Source of the DNA: Rhina ancylostomus
Taxonomy: Eukaryota
Length of the DNA stretch: 64,000 nucleotides
Direction: 5' to 3'
Assembly: GCA_030265395.1 (NCBI GenBank)
Contig: JARFYF010000074.1
Span: 30,232,957-30,296,956 of the forward strand
The position numbers and the translations under genes are program-made. Within the stretch, counting starts at the first letter, position 1. The number at the start of each line of letters is the position of its first letter. Shown here piece after piece: positions 26,511 through 39,322 of this stretch. Under the pieces are notes generated by a model. That model did no database searches, was not told the origin of the DNA, and saw only the letters and a program-made list of their open reading frames with translations.

Positions 26511-26645
26511 AGAGTTCTGATGAAAGGTTAACCACCTGAAATGCTAACTCTATTTTTCTCTCTCAATAGATGCTGCCTGACTTGCTGAGTATTTTAAAAT
26601 CTTTGTTTTATTTCTGATATCCAGCATCTGCAGTATTTTGCTGCT
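26511..26645 (+). mobile_element. Penelope-like element tail starting with a hammerhead motif (26511-26551)
   Basis: AGAGTT-CTGATGA-A-AGGT-taacc-ACCT-GAAA-TGCT-AACTCT, then agatgctgcctgacttgctgagt...tccagcatctgcagtattttgc. Confidence 0.8.
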
Positions 26646-27334
26646 GGACTGCAATTCTATGACTTTATGAATGGATTTGATTTGTGATAATGTGATTGCA
26701 TTTTATTTTGATATTAATAACCACATTGGCCCAGAGATTTAACTCTATTTCTGTTGTGTAATGAAAGTATGCACTACACTGAAGTATTCTAAATATTGAG
26801 GCTAAGTGAAGAGCTTGAACTTTGGTATCTTTAGAGAAAAGTTGCTACTTTTCATGTTTAAAACTCTCGGAACTTGTTAAGCCAGTGGAGTGTAGCTAAT
26901 GGCCAATAACTGCAGATGTATTTACATAAGAGTTTTATTGTGCTACTCATCTGCATACCTATTAGAATGGTAATTAACAGGAAACTTGTGTAAGAAGGAG
27001 TAATATACTGTGTTAGAATACTGCCTTTCAAATGCAGTTTTCAGTAAGAAACCAGGACAACAGCAGGTAAATCAGAACTATCATTACCTCCCCAATTACA
27101 TCCAAGTCTAGGGTTTTTACTTCTGTCCAAGCACCATTATGACTCTAGGACTAGCAATTTTATAAAATAATCTACATCCGTTGGTGATGAATGGTTAGAA
27201 AGGGCTGAATTTCAAGGCGTGGGGTGCTCCATGCTCTTTCTCTTCAGAAACTCTTTGCTGAGGATCCTGGTGTATTTGTGCCTGGCAAGTGTGAAAGCAG
27301 TAAATCCAGAGCTGCACTACACTGGACCTCATGC

Positions 27335-27443
27335 CCTTCAAGACATAGGAGGATATGGGAGTAGATGGGCAAAAAAAAGTTGGAGTGGATGTGGTGGGCC
27401 GAAGGACTTGTTTCTGCACTGGATGACTCTGACTCCATGACTC
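27335..27443 (+). mobile_element. CR1 3' tail fragment
   Basis: ggatatggg...gggccgaaggacttgtttctgcactggatgactctgactc. Confidence 0.7.
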
Positions 27444-29929
27444 GTGATGCATGACAGTAAATTGATTTGGTACTCTGCAGTCAGATAGCAGAAAGGACCT
27501 GAAGGTGTGATGGAAGAGATGAATTTTGTTTTGGTGGGGGGTGAAATCAAGAATTTCTATTAAAAAAGACTTGCCCTGTTTAAAAGCTGAAATTATGCTG
27601 AAGAAACGTGGCATGTCTAGGCCTGGGTATTGAATGCAACCTATTCATAGAACATCTAACTGGGAGCAGGCCTTTCAGCTGTTTGAGACTTTTCTGCCTT
27701 TCAGAGATATTGTGTTGGTCTGTGACCTATCTCCATGCATTCTTTTCTCTATACATTATAATAACTTAACAAACATAAACCAACCTTTGATTTAATATCA
27801 ATTGACCTGCCACCCGTTACCATTTGTTGAAGAGAATCTTGGCCTTCCACCATCCTCTGCCTGGCTCTGATTTTCAGATTTCCTAACCAATAGGTATACA
27901 GTCTCTCAATCTACCCTATCAGTTTCCTTTATCATCCTATAATCTTCATTTAAATTGTACTTCAACCATCTAGTTTCCAGGGAAATACACTTTGGTTTGT
28001 GAAAAATTTCATGTAATTTAAATCTTGGAACCCAGGTATCATTCCAGTAAATCCAGGCTACATTCTTTCCAAGGACTATTTGTCCAGAAGGCTATATAGA
28101 ATTTAAGCTTCAGCCTCAAAACCCTGCTCAGATCAGAGCTGTAGGGTGGTGAAGCTGTTGTAACTTGAGTAGGATTCCACTGGATTTTCAGTAACTAGCT
28201 GTGACACTTTATCTATGTAAAGAAACCAATGAGCCTGTTTGGATTTCTACTACTTCCAGCTTTTTACCATTTAGTAAGTACTCTGATCTCTACTTTTGAG
28301 ATCAAGTCTAAAATGGATAAAGTCTCATGTCTTAAAATTCATTTGCCACAGTTTGGCTTTGTCACTGAATATATTACTACCTCTGCAGTTTAATGCTTTT
28401 GTTTGGACTATTCACAATGTTATGTAGTGTTGTACCATCTGCTATGTTGCTCTGTATCCCACCATTCCATTTCTCTTCTCATTCTCCCAGGGATCTTCTA
28501 CTCTTTTACTCATTAACACATTTCGGGATGTGATGGAGAGGAAACAAAAAAACATGTCCTGATTAAACCCTAAAATTATGCAAAACATCATGGAGTCTTT
28601 AGACCTCAGCTTTGAATGTGGGCCATGTTTGAGTGGTATTTCTTTTAATGGGAACATACAATTCTCTGTCTTATTCCCTTGAAGTTGACTTTGTCTAAAC
28701 CTTGAAGCAGTTGTTTTGCTATTATGTTTTCAAGCACAGCATTAAATTCAAGTTATGTTCAAGATTAGAAAGCACAGCTGAGTTTATGATGGGCTTTGTT
28801 GTGGCTCAGTCAGCCTGTGCCAAGGCTTTCCCTTTGTAATGAATGGAAAGAAACACTGCTGGAAGTACAGAGGATAGTTGATTTAACTTGGTTAGTTTAA
28901 ATGTGTTTGAATTTTGAATGTGTTTTTAGTTAATGTTTTAAATAAATCTATTTTTCAGTAATTCCTGCTTCTTTCAGCATGTTTGACTTGGGGTGGGACC
29001 ATGCTGGCTGTCAGAGCTATTCTGTGAGTGCATTGATACCAGGGGAGGCGGTGGACTGCTCCATGTTGCTCCCAGCGAAGACTAAACCTGAGGCTGCTGA
29101 AAGAAGTTGCATGGGTCTCGCTGGTGATGTCAAAGACATAGCTGCACTTCTAGCCATCAGTGATGGCTAGATATAATTGCATATGTACTATGGGATTAGG
29201 CTCAAAAGTTAGAAAAAAAAATACTGGAAAATCAAATATGCTCTCTAAATCAGCTATAAAACACTGGATAAAATTGTGATTTTTTTTTCAAAAAGCCTAT
29301 GTTCATAAACATCAATGTAACCACGCACAGATGCTGTAACCTAGTATTTTCTGCACCAAAGGGAAACTTTACCACTACCTTTTGTTTTTCCCTACAAATT
29401 AAAAGTTCAACCTTCCCAGCAGGGCAATTCTCTAGCAAGACAAACCACATAACTAATGCTCATTTTGTCATGGAACATTGTGTCCATTAAAGCTTCCTTC
29501 AGTACATGTGAAGATTAATGATCCATGCTTCAAAAGCTTATTACTTTCTTCTAGGTTTGTTGTAGCAATAAAGCCATTTATCCACATTTGTTTCTATAAT
29601 TAGGTGAAGAGAAATGTAAAGGATGTCTGATCATTCAGCTACGAGGCAAAAAAATGCATTTGCTTGAGAATCTGTTGCTGCTTCACTGTTTTGGTTTATC
29701 GTGAATAACTAGGTTGCATAATGTAGGAAAGTGCTGAAAAATGAAGATGCTAAAGTATAAGACATTTTAACAATTGGCCCACTTATTACAGTAAGAAATC
29801 CTTGTCATGAAGTACTCAATAATGGCTGATATAACTGCTTGTATTACTTACTGAATTACAAAAAAGATTAAGACAATACCTGTATCCGAATACCTCACTG
29901 AATTTGGGTGAGCTGTTAGGTGAATCACA

Positions 29930-30722
29930 GGTGGCGATGAGTCAGTTTACTGAAGTGCAATAGGACATCTAGTTGAGTGTCGTCGCACCAACAACCTCTC
30001 AATGTTAGAAAAACTAATGAGCTGATTCTTGACTTCAGGAAAGGGAAGTAGGGCAAACGTGGCAGTCTACATTGGGGGATCAGTGAGGGAGAGACTCAGC
30101 AGCTTTAAATTCCTAGTTGTTAACATATCGGGTGACCTGTCCTGAGACCAGCACATAGATGAAATCACAAGGAAGGCACACCAGTGTCTTCCCTTTCTTA
30201 GGGGGTTTGGCTTGTCACCGAACACTCTTAATTAACTTCTACAGATCTACTGTTAGGAGTATTCTGACTGGTTGCATCATGGTCTAGTATGGCAATTCAA
30301 ATGCACAGGAATTTAAGAAGCTGCAGAGGGTAGTGGACTCTGCCCAATGCCTAATGAGCACATCCCTCCCCACGACTGGTAGTATCTACTGTAGGCACTG
30401 CCTCAAGAAGGCAATATCTGTCATCAAAGATCCCCACCATCTGGGCCGTGCCATCTTCTCGCAACTCCCATCGGGCAGGAAGTACAGAAGCCGAAAGTCC
30501 CACACCACCATGTTCAAGAACAGCTACTTCCCTTCAACCATTCAGTTCTTGAACCAGCCGGCATGACCTTAGTGGCTACCTCAGTATAGCAACACTACAA
30601 TGGACTTTATTTTGTTCTAATTGTGTTCTTTCTTGTATAATTTATGTTTAATTTATGTTTTTCTTATGGATGTTGTGTCTATACTTGTGCATACATATGA
30701 CAAAAACTAACTTTGACGTTGA
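29930..30722 (+). mobile_element. Rex1/Babar-type LINE 3' part
   Basis: NVRKTNELILDFRKG, RKAHQCLPFL, IKDPHHLGRAIFSQLPSGRKYRSRKSHTTMFKNSYFPSTIQFLN, and a (tttgac)n-like tail. Confidence 0.88.
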
Positions 30723-30739
30723 GTCCCTTTGCTGCTCTT

Positions 30740-31560
30740 CCTCTAGCCCCGATTGCTGCCTACCATTTGCTAGATTGTGCAGCTTGCAACTCACTGTAAT
30801 GAAGTCTCCACATACTTGGCAGGCACTGCAGAGTGAGTCTGCACTGATGCAAATCTGAGCGCAAGGAGACATTTGCAATATTCTATTACTGTTCTGGTAC
30901 TTCTGTGGCTCTTGTTGTATCTGCATTCAGCCTCCGTGGTTGGAGGTTGCACTGATGTGCAGAACAAGAAGAGCAGAGAGTAGCCCTGTCCCCCAGGGTC
31001 CACCTGTCTGGACAATGCTGACAGTTGAAAACATCCGAAAGTGTGAATTTCCTCAGGTTAAAAGACTCACGAGTGCTTCCCAGAAACAGCCATTTACATA
31101 TTGAGGGAGTGGAAATGTTGTCTGCTTGTAAAAAGATATGGGTTAATAATGGGAGCCCTTCTGGGCACAAGAGTGCAGTCAATGACTGCCTGAAGTCATG
31201 AGAAGCCAGCAATGTTGGCAAATTCCAGTGCCAGAGAGGCCAGGCATCTCTCATTGAAACCAAAATCTCTGAAATTATTTCATTGTAAATATAATGCCTG
31301 TACATCTTCTCTCATGCAGTGATGAGTAGCAGATTAGGAGATGAGTCAGACATCTGCTGCATTATATTGGAATGATCCCTGTCTCTCATCCCTAATCTCC
31401 ATGGAGAGAGCAGTCCAGTTCCAAGAACGTGTGCCCCAAGGTTATCCACAGAACATCGCACATCTCAGTGATGGTTATCTTATAATTAGAGTCTGCCAAA
31501 ATATTGCTCATCAAAGAGGTCCAGGGAGAATATGGGGCCTCTGAAGACTCTATGGAAGTA
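30740..31560 (-). mobile_element. PIF/Harbinger (HARBI1-like DDE) transposase fossil
   Basis: Colinear minus-strand motifs across stops and frameshifts: GSFQYNAADV, FANIAGFS*LQAVIDCTLVPRRAP, SRQHFHSLNM, GSTRESFNL, WTLGD/GYSL, PTTEAECRYNKSHRSTRTVIE, LRFA, CKLHNLA. Confidence 0.85.
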
Positions 31561-32254
31561 GGTTCTTTACTGATGGGCACATCTTTGCCTCCTGCCATAG
31601 CGTCCCTGACCTGAATTGGCAGCCATGGCCATAATGACTCCTCCAGCAATGGAGTGCTGCCTGTGATGTCACCATTGAAGCACCCTTTGAATGGGTCTAT
31701 CAGCAGCTAAATGCTGCAACGAGGACTCTACGCACTTTGGAAGATGTGTAAGCAGTCTGCAGTCAGTTCCGAAGCTGTTCAGACAGGTTTCCTGATGTCA
31801 GCAGAGTCCCTTTAGAAGACATAAAAAAACAACTAAGCATATTGTTTTCCTAGTATACTGAGGCTGTCGATGGAAATAAATATCATTTAGTGCAAGCCTG
31901 ACAAAGAAAAACTGCTAGTCACATGAATATGAATAGTGCCCATCGGTTTTCACCTTTTGGAATACTGTCATCCAGAAATGATCCCAAGTGCAATCTACTC
32001 TGGGTAAAACAGAGGTGAAAACAAAGAGCACCCAAAAAGTTGGTTACATGTGATCAATTTTCTAACATTGAATCTTTGCTTAAGGAGTGTTGAAAAATCT
32101 TTTCGTTGCTGGAACAAATTTATAGGAAACTTTGAGCCATTTATGATGACGACANNNNNNNNNNNNNNNNNNNNNNNNNNNNNNNNNNNNNNNNNNNNNN
32201 NNNNNNNNNNNNNNNNNNNNNNNNNNNNNNNNNNNNNNNNNNNNNNNNNNNNNN

Positions 32255-32375
32255 TAAAAAAATATATCTTTTATGCATAATTGATGTTTTTCTTGTGAAT
32301 GCTATGTGCCTATGATGCTGCTGCAAGCAAGTTTTTCATTGCACCTGTGCATATGACAATAAACTTTGACTTTAA
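32255..32375 (+). mobile_element. Rex1/Babar-type 3' tail beyond a gap
   Basis: gtgcatatgacaataaactttgacttt matches the tail at 30687-30722. Confidence 0.7.
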
Positions 32376-33265
32376 CCAAAAATAATCTTTTGCCTAGATT
32401 CCTAATCAGAATCTTTTGAATAGAATACATTTTGTACTGGACTATCTTAAAGATAATAGTTAGATAAAACATAAATCATTGCTAATTAATACGTTGATAA
32501 ATTGTCACCCAGATCATTGTATAGGTGAAAAAATGTAAGAGTAATAATCCAACTTCTATATGCCAAGACATCTTAGGCAATTATGCAGGAATGATTGCAT
32601 TCATTCATCACCCAGATGGGAATACTGGAAGTTCTATTAATGGCACCTAATCAACTAGAGTCGTGCTAAGAAATTTGGTCAAATGTTAGACCAAATTATT
32701 TAAATCCTACCTATTCAATGAGAAAATGTAATATATTTTGCCCATCTTAACATCATCTGAATACTAATGTACAAGGTGTTAAAATGAAAGTGATTTTGAA
32801 AGGCAAAAGCAAAGATCTGTTCATAAGATGTTCCAGAACTAACTTGTCTGTTTAATTAAGTTCAAAAGTGCAGAAATCCTGCATAATCCTCAGCTTAACT
32901 GAAATAATGAGAACTTGTTTCCCTGATATGTTTATTACTTATGCTGTAAATTGTAGCAGGTCACATTTTGACTGGATTACCTGAATTGCTACTTGCTAGC
33001 TATTTTCCAAGTGCCCCCAGACATGATGTGTGTTGTTCTTTCACCCCTCGCTGACTTTGCGGAACCTCCAACGTAGTTCAGGAGTCAGTGTGTCTTAACT
33101 CCAGTGCAGTGCAAACAAATGTCGTTGTGTGCTGAAGACCTCTTGTCTGATTTTTGCATGTTCTGATGAAGTCAGTTTTAATAGGCATGCCCCAAATGCT
33201 ATCTAATTCTGACAATAGCAGTGGGGGATAAAGAAAGTCTAAAGGAGATATGGTTAAATATCTCA

Positions 33266-33438
33266 AGTATCTGGGTTCTGAAGTAGTTAGTGAGGCCAAC
33301 GTGGGATCCACAAACTCTGCCACAGGTGAAGCAGGAGGTGCTCGATGGGGCAGGTGGGTGGCTCCTTCTGCTAGTTACACCAAATGTCTTGTGTGATTCT
33401 GATGAACTGCCTCAAGGATTTCAATATCATCCTGAATA
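33266..33438 (-). repeat. Inverted copy of the RTE 3' end at 36626-36798
   Basis: Colinear, highly similar reverse-complement match over about 173 bp. Confidence 0.9.
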
Positions 33439-35819
33439 AGACCTTATCAGGAAAATGCATTATTTTTTTTCGCAATACCAAGTTTTATTCTGTCTTTGGA
33501 TGAAATTTGCAATGACAAGTGCAAACTTGTTCCAAGGTACCTTCTGGCAGAAGTCTTCTACCCACTTAAGGACTTCCCTGTAGGGAGATAAAAGCAATGA
33601 TTGGAGCTGGGAGCCCCCAGACCCAGGACATGAACAAGAGGTTCCTGAGGGTCCCCATTGTCCCTTCATCTGCTGAAAACTTCCAGCTTTCTTGTTGAGA
33701 TGTTGACCAGCAATTTGTGGTTGTATATAAATAAACCACATTCTCTTCAATTTTAGGACTGATTTATCATGGATGACAGATTTTTTTTCAAAATTTACAA
33801 TGGCAGGAGTGGGCTCTCAAGGAATGCGCTAAAACATTTGCTGAGTGTCAATTATCCTGACTCTGACTTCCTGCCAGAGGTTTTCTGTCTTGCCCACTAG
33901 CTGGACTGGTATTTTGGCTGTGTGTCTTGTGTTCATCCACTCGGGTGACGTTCTGCCAGTGTTGGGAGTCGTTTAATAAGTTTTCAGAAAAATTGCCCGT
34001 TTTTGGTCCGGTATTAACTGATGTGTCTTTAAATTTGAATCAAGCAGTTGTTTAATGACAGCATATTTACCAATTTGCACAGTTTTTCTCACGAACTATA
34101 CAAATTCTTCTGAATAAAACTGAGGTTTGTTAGCTAACACAGTTTTGTTCTGGAAACCTATATGAAGCATATTAATGAAAAGAGACCCAGCCCATTCACC
34201 ATTTTATGATGCATGTAAGCTTATTGTTGTAAACAACACAGTCCCCCATTCCAGTGCCTCTATCCTTTTGTATAATATGACAATCAGAAATAAATACAGG
34301 GCTCTAAAGGTGGTCTAAATATGGTTCAATCCACATTTAGCATAATGTTTCAACTTTTTAAGTTCCTTCTCCCATTTTGCTCTGTAATTTTCTACTGTAA
34401 TTGAATAAAGAAACAAAAACAAAATAATTGATTGAAGTTCCTGTATTTTCTGACCTTCCCACTATCAAATCCCTCCAAGGGATCACTATTTATTTCAGCT
34501 GGCCCAACCACCTGGTGCCTAAATTTCATCTGACCAGCTCATCTTATTACATGTAGAATTATATTCTATTTTGTTTTACTTCCTTTTCAATTTATCTTAA
34601 TAGCTCTTCTTGCCTTTTTAAAATTTCTTTCCCAGTACCTCTCTTTCCCACTCCCTTACTGTCTTCTGCTGCCCATGTAGTTAATATATGTGCTATCCTT
34701 TATTTTCTGTTTTTCCTTGTGGCTTTAATAAGCCATGGTATCTTACTGATGTTTGGTTTGTTCTTGATTTTTTTTTTAGCTGAATATGCTTTTCCTAGGC
34801 TTTCTTGAACACCATTTTAATTGTTTTTTGCTGTTTTCCAATAATACAACACTGATTCCATCCCAGTATAAATATGGAGATCAGTTAAGATATTGGCAGT
34901 TCATTAGTAATAATTAGCACCATACATGATACAGTTGTCTTTGTCTTTGCGGAATCTGTCAATACAGCTAAAATAAGCAGTTTGAGGGGATAATTTGGTA
35001 AAGAAAGGTCAGTTGTGTAGTGAATATCTCTAATGTTACCAGCTCTTAAATCTCACCTTCATCTTGAATAGTAAGGACACTTATGGGGTGACATTGACCA
35101 CCCTAGTGCACAAAAAGATAGTTTCATATTATTAGCACCTAACTAATGGGGAGTTGTTCATGTGCAACTTGTTCTCTTTGGACTGTGCAGGATTTAATAA
35201 CACCATTATCAGAGGTGGTAGAAATGACAGGTAGTTATTTACTTGTATCTATCCTGACCTCTATCCTGGCCTCAATCTTAAAGGGAAAATATAATGGATC
35301 AGTGCTCTTAGTCTTTTGATATATAGCTGAGTCTTAGAGGAACATTTTCTTTTGATCACTGAATTGCATACAATATGCTTTCTTTTCCTCGAAGGACAAG
35401 AGTTTTACTGTGTCAGAGGGGAAGTGCTTCATACGAATAATAATGAACAGTTGGCTGAAATCTTTCAACAACATTGATGTTCAGGCCTATTTTTCAGTGA
35501 CTTGTGTATTTGAACTAAAACCTGTCTTTGACAGTTAATTCCTATATTTGCAGTTCTGCTCCTTATAATTTTGCACAGTTATAATGTTGTAGGGTAAAAT
35601 TTGGAGAATAGATGTGTAAATGGGTCTGCAAAAGGAAGACATTTGGCATTCTACTTTCCTATGCAAAATTTAACTCCTGAGTTATGGATAATTCAGATCA
35701 ATTATACACTATTTGCATTTGGTGTCAAAATAAACTATGACATTTTTTTTCAGAATAACTAACTGGTTTACAGAACCAACAGTGTTAAAGATATATTGAC
35801 AGGTATGGATGAAATTTAT

Positions 35820-36840
35820 TCAACCAAATGGGAAGCTATTCATCCTACATTGCTTCATTCCAGAACCAAGGTCACGCTGACTTCAGTCATTGAGGTACAA
35901 TATACAGACAATGCTTAACAAATGCACATGTTCAAAGGTTGAGCTCCAAGTCATTGTTGACTCTAATGCCTACATGAGAGAGAATGGTCCTTAGACTTAA
36001 TGTTTGCAAAGCAGAGGTCCCCTGCTATCCTCTGATAACAAAGGTCAGAAATGAACCACTGGGGAAAGAAAAATTATTTATTGTGGAGCAATCTTTCAGT
36101 GAGAGTTGACGTTAATGATGAAATTCACTGTTGCTCCAGTGTGCCAAAACAGCTTTTGTTCATCTTTGCCATTTGATGAAAAACTTATTTGAAAAGCAAG
36201 ATCTCAAACTGGCACACAGCACATGGTCTACTGGCCAGGAGTGATCCCTGCCCTCCTGTATGTTTCTGAGATATGGACTAGTGACAGTAAGCACCCCAAG
36301 GCACTGAATACATACCAGCAATGTTGTCTCTGCAAAACCTTCAAGTCTAAATCCACTGCAGGAAAAGTAAGCCAACATTGGTGTTTTCTCCCAGGCCAGT
36401 ATCCATCATGTTGAGGTCTTAATTACAAGGCTCTGATGGGCAGCTCTTGTCATTCACATGCTTGATGCTAGACTCCAAAAACACACACTATTCTGAACTC
36501 TCCCATGACAAGAGATTACCAGCTGAACAGAGGACATGATTGAGGGATGTTCACAAAGCTTTCTGTCAACTTTCCCATTGACTAAGAGAATCCCTGGCCC
36601 AAGACTGCTCAAAGTGGAGGAGAAATATTTAGGATGATATTGAAATCCTTGAGGCAGTTCATCAGAATCACACAAGGCATTTGGTGTAACTAGCAGAAGG
36701 AGCCACCCAACTGCCCCATTGAGCACCCACTGTCTCACCTGTGGCAGAGTTTGTGGATCCTATGTTGGCCTCACGGACCACTTCGGAACCTGGATACTGG
36801 GTTGGAAGCAAGTGGTGCATGATCGCAAGAATCTGCCTTA
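35820..36840 (+). mobile_element. RTE-clade LINE 3' part, decayed
   Basis: DVNDEIH, LFEKQDLK, MVYWPGVIPALLYVSEIWT, and a C-terminal zinc-knuckle-like CLTCGRVCGSYVGLTDHF. Confidence 0.85.
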
Positions 36841-39182
36841 TTTCTACATTAAATGATGCTTTGGTAGAATTGTGCAATAGTGAAATAAGTTGATGGAATA
36901 AATGCACATTATTGAAACAGGCTGGACTGATGCAATCTCATTTATGCAATTGCACAGGTGAAGAAATAAGGAGTGATTCAATGCATAGTCACATTGCGTT
37001 TAAAAGGGGAGGATCAGATTATTACTTGCAATATTTTTTTACTTAAAAGTTAGAGCTGTTCCTTATTAAAATCAAAGAATTCCCATTTCCCAAGATTAAC
37101 ATCAGCTTTCACTGTACTGCCACATTTTGTCAAATATAATGATCTGGCATGAAAGCATAGTTTTTGTATTTAAGGTACTGTCAGGATTTCAGATTTTTAC
37201 TATTTTTCTAAATACTCTCAACTTGCAGTGGAATTTTCTTGGGTGGATTATTCTAAATATATTAAGCAAAGGATATTTGTAATTGGATAGACCTGTGCAC
37301 TTAAAATCCCTGTGTTAACAGTAATTAAAGTGCAACATAACCAGATGCAGGGGGGAAATTAGTTTACAAGGCATTAAAGTAATGCAAGGAATGAGATGTA
37401 TTAAGATTAATGGTAGAAATAATTTTATTTCTAAGTAGGATAACAGAAATTTAAAACTGCTACTGACCTAATCACTTCTGTGAATAATTGCTGATTACAG
37501 CACCAATCTCACCTTGTCTCAAAACCCAGGACCTGTAATTGAGCTGAGCAGTTGGGCATAATCATTGCTGCAAACTTCATTACTGCAATATCATGAATGT
37601 GTAACTTGACTTGAACAACGGACAAACCTATTGACTGTTCTTGTGTGGTATCCATTTACGTTATATCAGAGTAAAATTGAGGACATTTGAGAGAAATTAA
37701 CACACTACAGGCAGTTGATTCACCTGGGGGTTCGAAGAGCATTGCACTCCAGTCAGTGCTACAAATTGCACTTTTAAGCATTGTTTTGCAAGTTTGGTGC
37801 ACAATTTAAAATATTTGTCAGAACTTTGATACCTGCAGCACAATATCCTGCTGTGCTGGAAAGATATCACTTTCCCCTGAAATTCTGACAAATTCTTCAA
37901 AGCCAAATATCTTCCTTCAAAGATATTTGGCTTCCTGTTTCTGGTTGCCTGCTGTCATGTATATATTCTACTTCTTTTCCAGGTGACTTTGGTGTGAATT
38001 CGCCACACCCATTTTGGGATACATGCAGTTAAATTTTACTGAGTCCTTTTGGAGGAAAATCCAGATCATAGTTAGAGATTTGGTATTAGTATTCCAGGTC
38101 CCAAGTAGTAGCAGATGTGGATTTCAGTTCTGAGTTCCTTGGTGACACTTTATATCTGCCTTCAGTCCTAATATATGCCCACCTCCCATTTCAGCATGAT
38201 GACTGGGATTTCCAATGCTGAAGTAAAAGCATTGACGTTTTCCTCAGTGTACCACCTTGTATTTCTCCCGAGATATCCTATATATCAGAGGTTGCCTTGT
38301 GAAGCTGACGGCTAGAATAGCTTACAGTGGCAGGACACTGAAAGTTATTATTGTAATTATCTGTAACCCACTCAATCAATTAGCAGTATTATGAAATTTA
38401 TCTTGAGGAATAGATGTGCAAGCAAAAGCTATGATGTAGAACTTGNNNNNNNNNNNGTGCCATCAATCCATTGTCATTAATCAGTGCATCGGTGCATGGA
38501 TGAGAAAATCCATTGCCTGCTCCGTCAGTATTGGACACCTTAGGAGATAACGCATGGGTGAATATTAAATTTAAGAAAAATGTAAGTTGTTATTTAAATG
38601 TTTTTAATATTTTCAGGTCAACTCAGGACATCCTACATGCTTGAAGTGTAGTCACTTTTGCTTTTGGAGGCAAGTGCAGCAACCATTTTTTCCATAGTAA
38701 AATGCATGCCCGCAATACACTGGCTGGCACATCACTTAGAACTCCTTATTCTTTCGAAGGTTTTTCCAGTTAACTTTCACAAATCCTTACAGACAAACGG
38801 GAAGTTAATAGGTCTTGTTTGAAAGAGAACACCTTGCAGTGCAACAGTTCCTTAATGGATAACCAGTTGCAATTCTTCTCCATAATGGGTCTGGAGGAAT
38901 GAAGAGACATTGTGGGGGGTAGAGTGCTTACTGCTATAGGACAAGAATTGTGGCTTAGGTGTGGATTAATGAGTAAGGGAAGTGACTGTGTTGGGCAGTG
39001 GATGTGGTTGTAAATTGTTCTCTGAGGGATGTCAGAACATGGGTCTGAGGGTGTGCTGGAGGTTGAGGCCTTTATTATAGGTCTCAACATATTAGGGATA
39101 GACCTTTGCAGAACTGGAGGTCAGTGGATCAGGAATGAGGTCAGTTGGAGAGAGTTGGACACTCTGCTGGAGTGTCCCAAAC

Positions 39183-39322
39183 TGCTGGAATAGCTCAGTG
39201 GGCCAGGCAACATTTGTGGAGGCAGAGGGGTAGACCTGAGTCTTGATGCAGGGTCTCAACCTGAAATGTCGACAATCCCTCTGCCTCCACAGATGCTGCT
39301 GCACCGTTGAGTTCCTTCAGCA
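39183..39322 (+). mobile_element. Short PLE-derived fold-back element with central hammerhead-like motif
   Basis: Arms 39183-39229 and 39277-39322 are imperfect inverted repeats. The centre reads GTC-TTGATGCA-GGGT-ctca-ACCT-GAAA-TGTC-GAC. Confidence 0.8.
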
